Shown here one piece after another: positions 57,896 to 64,000 of a stretch of DNA of 64,000 nucleotides (positions within the stretch are counted from its first letter, which is position 1; each line of letters opens with the position of its first letter). Origin of the DNA: a virus; IMG/VR virus record IMGVR_UViG_3300044982_000128, positions 1 to 64,000 of that record. One strand, 5' to 3'. The translations under genes were made by a program, and so were the position numbers. The notes beneath the pieces were generated by a model. It was not told the DNA's origin, did no database searches, and was given only the letters and a program-made list of their open reading frames with translations.

Positions 57896-58665
57896 TGTCA
57901 GATAGCATTGAATCCGTTAAACCGATTCTTACTGTGATTGACGACGAGGGCGACCTGGTTATCTCTTCTACCGGTCCGCGCGGCAAGGAAATGGCCCACG
58001 CAGTTCTTGCGTTGGCTAACGGCGCTAGGAAGGCCGTGGTAATCCAGGACGGTGAGATGAAGGTACTCAAACGAGGGACAGCGGCAGAGAACGGGATAGA
58101 AGCAAACGGCAAAGCCCCAGCCCCGCCTCCAGCGCGTCGGCCCACGTCTCCCGCGCCAGTCGAAACCGGCCCCGACATTCAGGACTCCTACATCTCCGAT
58201 CTGGAATCCGGCGTCACAGGCGAACAGGCCATGGGAGAGAAACCATCCCCCACTCCCGGCCCCTCCGATCCAGTCGCTATTCCAGCCAAGAAGCGCAAGC
58301 CAGTCATCTACCAGGATGCCGCTGCGCCACCCGCGCCGGAGCTGGCTGAGGCGGAGATGGACCGGCTTCTTGCAGAAGCGCAGCAGGCGGAAGCGGACGC
58401 GGCCAGAGTCGCCGAGGACCAACGGTTTCAGCGTCAGCAGGCGGTGCAGGTTCAGGTGGAGCCCTCTGACGTTCCTGCCGAGCAGCCGGCAGAGGCGGCA
58501 AGGCCGCGTCGCCGGGAGCGCCAGCTTGCGACCACAGGCAGACCCTGCGGCCGCTGCGGCGGTGGTGGGAAGATCGTCGGAGACGCTGGATTTGAAGGGT
58601 CCTGCCCTGTGTGTCACGGTGAGGGCCAGGTGAAGACGTGGGATCGATCGTTGAAGGTTCGTTGA
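57895..58665 (+). CDS. Pro/Ala-rich protein with C-terminal DnaJ-type zinc finger
   Basis: CGRCGGGG...CPVCHGEG. Confidence 0.6.
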   Translation: MSDSIESVKPILTVIDDEGDLVISSTGPRGKEMAHAVLALANGARKAVVIQDGEMKVLKRGTAAENGIEANGKAPAPPPARRPTSPAPVETGPDIQDSYISDLESGVTGEQAMGEKPSPTPGPSDPVAIPAKKRKPVIYQDAAAPPAPELAEAEMDRLLAEAQQAEADAARVAEDQRFQRQQAVQVQVEPSDVPAEQPAEAARPRRRERQLATTGRPCGRCGGGGKIVGDAGFEGSCPVCHGEGQVKTWDRSLKVR

Positions 58666-59014
58666 TCGCAAGTGGAGTAAAGTGGAGTACAGTAGATTGC
58701 AAACCAATCGGAGTACGTCTGATGGTCTGGGTAAAGTCTCGTACTTTGGAGTTCGATGAAGAAGGATCGACTAGACGGATTACCACGCGTATCCGTGAGG
58801 ATGGGTATTTGTTTTATCAAGGGCAGTCGGATTACCATCATACATTCCCTTTCAAGGATCAGCAGTATCGCTTGGAACAACAGTTTGTGCGGTTCAGTCA
58901 AGAAATGCCAGATACAGGCCAATGGACGGTGGCTGATTTTGATGAAGATTTCGAGGAACGTCTGGTGTCGATGAAGGCGAAGGAAGTGTTTCCAGGGCAG
59001 GAGGTTGTTGTCTA

Positions 59015-59617
59015 ATGGCCGCACTGCCCGATTCCGCGCTTCCTCTCTGTGATAATCCGCAGCACCCTGCCGGTTTGCCGCGGAAGATGATCTATCTTCA
59101 GACCAAGGATCACGCGCATGTGTTCGGCTGCCAGGCGTGCAAGGATGTGAACCGCAAGCTCTCCGTCCGCGTGATGACCGACCAGTTTTTCAAACGGGAA
59201 GTTCGTAAGACCCTCGCCGCATTGGGTCAGCTTCTCCGAGGGCCAATGCAGAAGCGCAAGCGCTCCCCTTTCGAACTCGGCCTCATGCGGGAGATGGCGC
59301 TCGATGCTGCGCGCGCCAATGCGCGTTCTCGCACGATCGACTGGGACCCCGAGCACCGGCGTTCCCGTGACGGCAAGTACGAACTGGTCGAGTACAAGGA
59401 ACTCGGCGAAGGCGCGTTGCGCATTCAGATGGCCATCGATGGCAAGCTCTGTCCACAGATGGACGACCACGTAGCTTCACGAGAAGAGTTCAGGACCGAG
59501 GAAGAATATTGGAGTAGAGTAGCGCGCGGGAGCGAGTTGATTTTGCATTTGTACGGCGATCCGAGGAATCCATTGACGCCGGAAGAGTCGGCTTTGAGAG
59601 AACAGGAGACGTTTTGA
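59015..59617 (+). CDS. hypothetical protein with N-terminal Cys/His cluster
   Basis: CDNPQH...CQAC; coupled to upstream stop. Confidence 0.55.
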   Translation: MAALPDSALPLCDNPQHPAGLPRKMIYLQTKDHAHVFGCQACKDVNRKLSVRVMTDQFFKREVRKTLAALGQLLRGPMQKRKRSPFELGLMREMALDAARANARSRTIDWDPEHRRSRDGKYELVEYKELGEGALRIQMAIDGKLCPQMDDHVASREEFRTEEEYWSRVARGSELILHLYGDPRNPLTPEESALREQETF

Positions 59618-60488
59618 GATGAGATTCACGATTGAGGTAGTTGTATTCTTTGTTTCGGTTTGGTCAGCGTATCGTCTTGGCAAGATGGAGACTGCGAGGT
59701 TTGTTTGGAACCTGCTGTCCAATCGAAGAACTGAAGGGATGGCCGAGGCTGTATGTTTGTACTGCGCGATAATGAACCCCAACATCCTGCGCCGGAACGG
59801 ATGGAAGTGTGTGGATGACGCGTGTCTTGCACTTCGAAGTAAAAAGGAATTGGTGGACAACATCTGATGACTTACACATACGCCATTCTCGAAGTCAGCC
59901 ATGCAGCTTACGTTGAAATCAAATCGAAGTTGGAAGCGGCAGGATACTCCGATCAATTCCATGATGACCGTGACGGCGACGGGGTTGTCATCGACATGCA
60001 CGGCATCGCTTTGAAAGACGAAGGAGAATCTGTTGTGTCTCCTGCTCCAACTTCAGATCGCGCCCGTATTCAGGTTCTCCTTGCTCAGGCAATTACCGCA
60101 CGTCTCAAGGAAGAAGTTATCGATGAAATTCTTCCGAAGCCGAGTATCGCTGAACTGGAAAAAATGATAGATGACGCTGAGAAGGAAGGTAAAGAACTCG
60201 GCAGATTAATGCCTTCCGGTGAGATCATGCGCAGCCATCCGAAACCTGTGTTTGCATCTGATTTGGCTGATGCTGTGCTCTCGGCACTTCAGAGCAGCGG
60301 CTTTGAGATTGTGTCCAGTAAGCAGAAACGGCGAACTGTCTTGGATGCTCGGTCGATGTGCAGACCGGGAGACGAACCTTTAGCGTAACCTCCGGAGCGC
60401 GTCCCGCCGTCCTCAGCGGAGCTTAGCATGGATTTAAGTGCGGTGCAATACTTAATCAGCAATCGTTCTTTGAAAGGACCATACTCAG

Positions 60489-61010
60489 ATGTCGAAACTC
60501 GCAGCAGTTCGCACCGGTCAGGCCACCCAGGGCATCGGCGCTGTTCCTAACGGAACTCCAGTCACCATTGACGATCTCGATCCACCTCCGGTCATCAATC
60601 CCCGCTCTGCGCACTCTGCCGCGGCTGCGACGGTGACGGCTGCATGGTTGTCGCTTGAAGCCAAAGAGATCGAGGTCAGGAACTACTTCCGTTCCATCGC
60701 CGTGTCGTCAGGCTTGGAGATGCTGGCGAAGATGAGGAAGCAATGCGATATGGCTGCTGAGTCGCTTCAGGGCCGCATAGACGAGGACAACACGCAGCGA
60801 TGCACTGGCTGCGGGAAGACGCTCGAGGAACTGCGGAAGACGCAATTCCTGATGATGGGCGCCGACACCGATCCTGAAACCGGTGTTCCTGTGCCGTATC
60901 GCTTCTGTGGTCCGATGTGCATTCGTGAACGCAACAAGGAACGGATGCTGCCGAAGGAAGAGAGAAACAAGCTGCGGTTTGACGGTCAGGACATGGGTGA
61001 CATTCGCTGA
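60489..61010 (+). CDS. hypothetical protein with TRASH-like zinc finger
   Basis: CTGCG...FCGPMC; AAGGA RBS. Confidence 0.55.
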   Translation: MSKLAAVRTGQATQGIGAVPNGTPVTIDDLDPPPVINPRSAHSAAAATVTAAWLSLEAKEIEVRNYFRSIAVSSGLEMLAKMRKQCDMAAESLQGRIDEDNTQRCTGCGKTLEELRKTQFLMMGADTDPETGVPVPYRFCGPMCIRERNKERMLPKEERNKLRFDGQDMGDIR

Positions 61011-63053
61011 TGGCTCGAAAAATTCATCACGACATCCATGTACCCTATAAGAAGCTGGGTGAGTTGTCCCCTGCCGAGTTGCTTGCTGTCGAAGGTCCGA
61101 AGTTCGTTACAAAGGATCACAAGACTTTGGCTGTTTTGATTTCGCATGACAAGTGGAAGAAGTTGAACCATGGTCTACCTAACGTTAATCCTCACAAGGT
61201 TATGAAATTTCTTGTTGGGGAGCAAAACTACTTAGTTATTCCTGTCGAGCGCTACGGTTCTACGCTGTTTCAAGCTAAGCCGGAAACGGGATTGATGATC
61301 TTTACTGGTATACCAAAAAAGAAAGCTAAGTCATGAGCCAAAAGTACGAAGACATCCTCAAAAATTCTGTCGAGAAGCTCTCCCTCGGCCCCAACGATAT
61401 TCTCATTGTGAAGTCGCAGGAAGCGATGTCTACCTTTTTGGAGATGACGCAGGCTGGCATCGGCTTTTCTCAGTATGCGAATCCGATTCTGCTCGTCCCC
61501 GGCGGTCTGGAGAAGGCAACGCGGGAGGATCTGCTGGACGCGATCCGGATTCTGGATGAGCAGGAAGCTCAGATGGGAAAGAACGAAGCAGAGGTTTCAC
61601 GGATCATTACGGATTTGCATGGGCCGATGATCAGGAAGGCTCAATGAAAGAGACATTGTGGAGAGCAGCGAAGTGGAATCGGATTACGTGGCTGTGCGAT
61701 CGCTCAGACTTTTTAGCGTGGCGTCCATGTGAAAATGGTGGGGGTATAGAAGTGCTGGCCTACAACTACGCATTGCTTCAAATTCCGTCTGGAGACGGTC
61801 TTTTCTCTGTTGAGATTGCTCCGTCATTGGAAGCTATCGGCGGCAAGTCTGATGAAGCGCCAGTCTAAATTCGTCATCACTAATTCGGTTCCTTCGGTAG
61901 ATGAAATGGGCCGTCGTCTTGGGATGAGCAAGCGGCGTATCGAGAGAGTAAAAAAGATCATGGCTGCGAAGCCTTCGCAAAGAAAGGTTCAATAATGTCA
62001 ATCCATTCTATTCTTCATCCGCGAGTTCCTTGTTGCGCGCTGATCTTTCTCGACCCCGCCCATCAGTCAAACACCTATTGCCAGCGTGAACTGGGCCACC
62101 CGGACGAGGCAGTGAAGGGCTTCCCCGGCGGGCACAACATTGTCGATGCGCCTCCTGTAGGAAAGAAATGACCAAGCCTCTTTCGCCTTTGCATCGTCCG
62201 CTGGATATCATCGACGCCAGTGACATAGGAGAGCCCTACGTCCCTCCTTCTCCTCCTCCGATCCCCTCGCGCATCGCGCGTCTCGCCCAGCTTGATTCCC
62301 ATTCGCTCTCCGGGCGCCAGCACTCGCTCGGCCCCGGCGGGGCGTCAGCGATGTTCACGCAAGCGGTGCAGCGAGCGTTGGTTGAAGAGATGGCTGCGCA
62401 GTTGCGTCTTTCGCCAGTCGAGACAGAAGGTTACGACAGCGAAATTGGTAAATGGGCACAAGCAATCATCGCAGCATTTTGTGAGGAGTAGCCCCATGTG
62501 CTCGATATGTGACAGCTTCAAAAAGCGAACTGGGTACGCAGGACAGAAGTATGCGGTTTACTACACGCGAGATGGTGTTGAGTCCAAGATGGGCTGGCAG
62601 AATCAAGCATCCGGTGGATTGGAAGACTCCGCCAAGTTGATGCCCGGCGTGACGGCGACGCGCATCGCAGAGGTCGAGTGCTGCCAGATCGAATACGGTA
62701 AGGAGCACTGCGGTGGTGATTGTACCTGTCATGTGTGCGCACCCGATTTACACGAGCGGGATGCAGCTTTGGAGAAGGATTGATGGACTCCATCTCTCCG
62801 GTCCTGACAGACGCTGAAGTCCTCGCCGAGCAGGTCGTCGCGCTCGGGCAGGATGAATTCTATCCGATCGTGGTTGCTCGGGTGATCTTCGAGGGCGGGG
62901 CTCTGGGGTCGTTAGTCCGGTTTCGGTTCAGTGATGCGGAGCGGGAGTTGATCGCGGCGGGTGCTGATTTGATATTGGGGCAGCCGCATCACGGTCCGAT
63001 GATGCCAGTCAGTCTGCAGTTGGCGATGCCGGGAGAGTATCCCTCGAATGAGG

Positions 63054-63120
63054 TATAATTATGGGGTCAGGGAGCTTGAACTCCCGGCCAAGACCTCATC
63101 GTTCTGGAGGAACGACTATG
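63054..63120 (+). promoter_or_regulatory. -10 box and structured leader with RBS-sequestering hairpin (copy 2)
   Basis: TATAAT, hairpin GGGAG/CTCCC, then TCGTTC-TGGAG-GAACGA-CT-ATG. Confidence 0.7.
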
Positions 63121-63612
63121 ACCCCACAAAGAGCATACCGCATTAAAGAGGCAGTCTGTTATTTTACAGACAAAAACAACAAGCGTGCTGTGATGCGCGA
63201 TGTTGTATTGGGAGAAGTCATCACTCCGCGGATCGAGCATATTTTCTCCAAAGGTCAGTGCCACGCTCTTGCAGTCGCGTTGCATGAGATTCTTGGGTGG
63301 GAAGTGATGGGCGTGTATAGTTTTTGGGGCGACGGTCCTCGTCACACGTATCATTACGTCATTCAGTGCCCGGATCATCGTGGTGATGCGGACATTCATG
63401 GAATCCGTTGTCTCGACCACGGTTTGCGAAAGGCGAATGTAGGCGTGATCCTCGGTGGAAGGGTTAGAGGATTTTTGCCTCCAGCAATGAACTTCGCCAG
63501 ACACTACGCCAAGATTATTGCTCCTGAGATTCAGAAGCAGTGGGATGCTCTGAAAGCGGGGAAGTCCAAGCCTCGGTGGACGTTGTGTTCGGAAGGATAT
63601 GACGATAAATAA
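63118..63612 (+). CDS. hypothetical protein with possible Cys-His-Asp triad (papain-like fold)
   Basis: FSKGQCHALAVALH ... H ... DIHG. Confidence 0.5.
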   Translation: MTPQRAYRIKEAVCYFTDKNNKRAVMRDVVLGEVITPRIEHIFSKGQCHALAVALHEILGWEVMGVYSFWGDGPRHTYHYVIQCPDHRGDADIHGIRCLDHGLRKANVGVILGGRVRGFLPPAMNFARHYAKIIAPEIQKQWDALKAGKSKPRWTLCSEGYDDK

Positions 63613-64000
63613 TGCCCCTCGATCTTCAACACGTAGAAAAATTCTTTACTCGTCTGCACATAAGAGATAGAGATGAGGGAACGTTTGTCCCTTTCACACT
63701 TCGTCCTCAGCAGCAAGAGATATTTCACTTAGCTAAAGAGCATCTGGCGCGGCGTCGTAGATTATTTATTATCTTCCTCAAAGCTCGTCGTCTCGGAATT
63801 TCTACGATTGCGACAGGACTTGGGCAAGCACATTGCATTGCACATCCTGGGTCGATGGCTCGCTGCATTGCACAGAATGCGAAAGTAGCCTCCGCTAACT
63901 TCGAAATGGCCAGCAGTTTTTTCAAGGATTGTCGTGACCTATATCCCGGTGCAGCTAAGCCCACCAAGTCTCTACTTGTATGGCCGCATTCTGACGGACC
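63612..64000 (+). CDS. terL: terminase large subunit, 5' part (truncated by window end)
   Basis: Not in ORF track; MPLDLQHVEKFF...FTLRPQQ...IIFLKARRLGISTIA carries the terminase Walker A (KARxxGxST). Confidence 0.85.
   Translation, partial: MPLDLQHVEKFFTRLHIRDRDEGTFVPFTLRPQQQEIFHLAKEHLARRRRLFIIFLKARRLGISTIATGLGQAHCIAHPGSMARCIAQNAKVASANFEMASSFFKDCRDLYPGAAKPTKSLLVWPHSDG

Noticed and set aside
1-64000. Genome-wide stop-codon reassignment
   Set aside because: Only two clearly interrupted genes, with different stops; long genes are intact and TGA/TAG end many coupled genes

Overview
The window is most of a tailed-phage (podovirus-like) genome. It starts just downstream of the head genes and ends inside the terminase large subunit. 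No integrase, capsid or portal gene is recognisable inside it. Layout: + strand virion module (tail adaptor/nozzle, ejection proteins, four signal-peptide-bearing fibre/spike-like proteins, 0.4-18.7 kb); lysis cassette with a GH24 endolysin (18.7-21.9 kb); - strand replication module (DNA methyltransferase, primase-helicase, PolA, DUF2815-type SSB, Cas4-like nuclease, SNF2-like helicase, RuvC-like resolvase) with accessory genes (22-45.5 kb); + strand accessory arm (45.8-63.6 kb). Most notable: (1) a DIP1984-like coiled-coil gene followed directly by a ~300-nt closed structured RNA holding a CCA-less tRNA-like domain and a 7-nt-periodic A-rich tract; (2) a circularly permuted two-piece tmRNA with tag (A)AEPFALPMAA; (3) tail-region proteins that all carry Sec-type signal peptides, plus a methyltransferase/GT2/GT31 cassette; (4) a covarying RBS-sequestering leader found twice; (5) two genes with single in-frame stops. 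All family calls come from motifs recognised by eye, not from database searches. Many small hypothetical ORFs are not listed individually.
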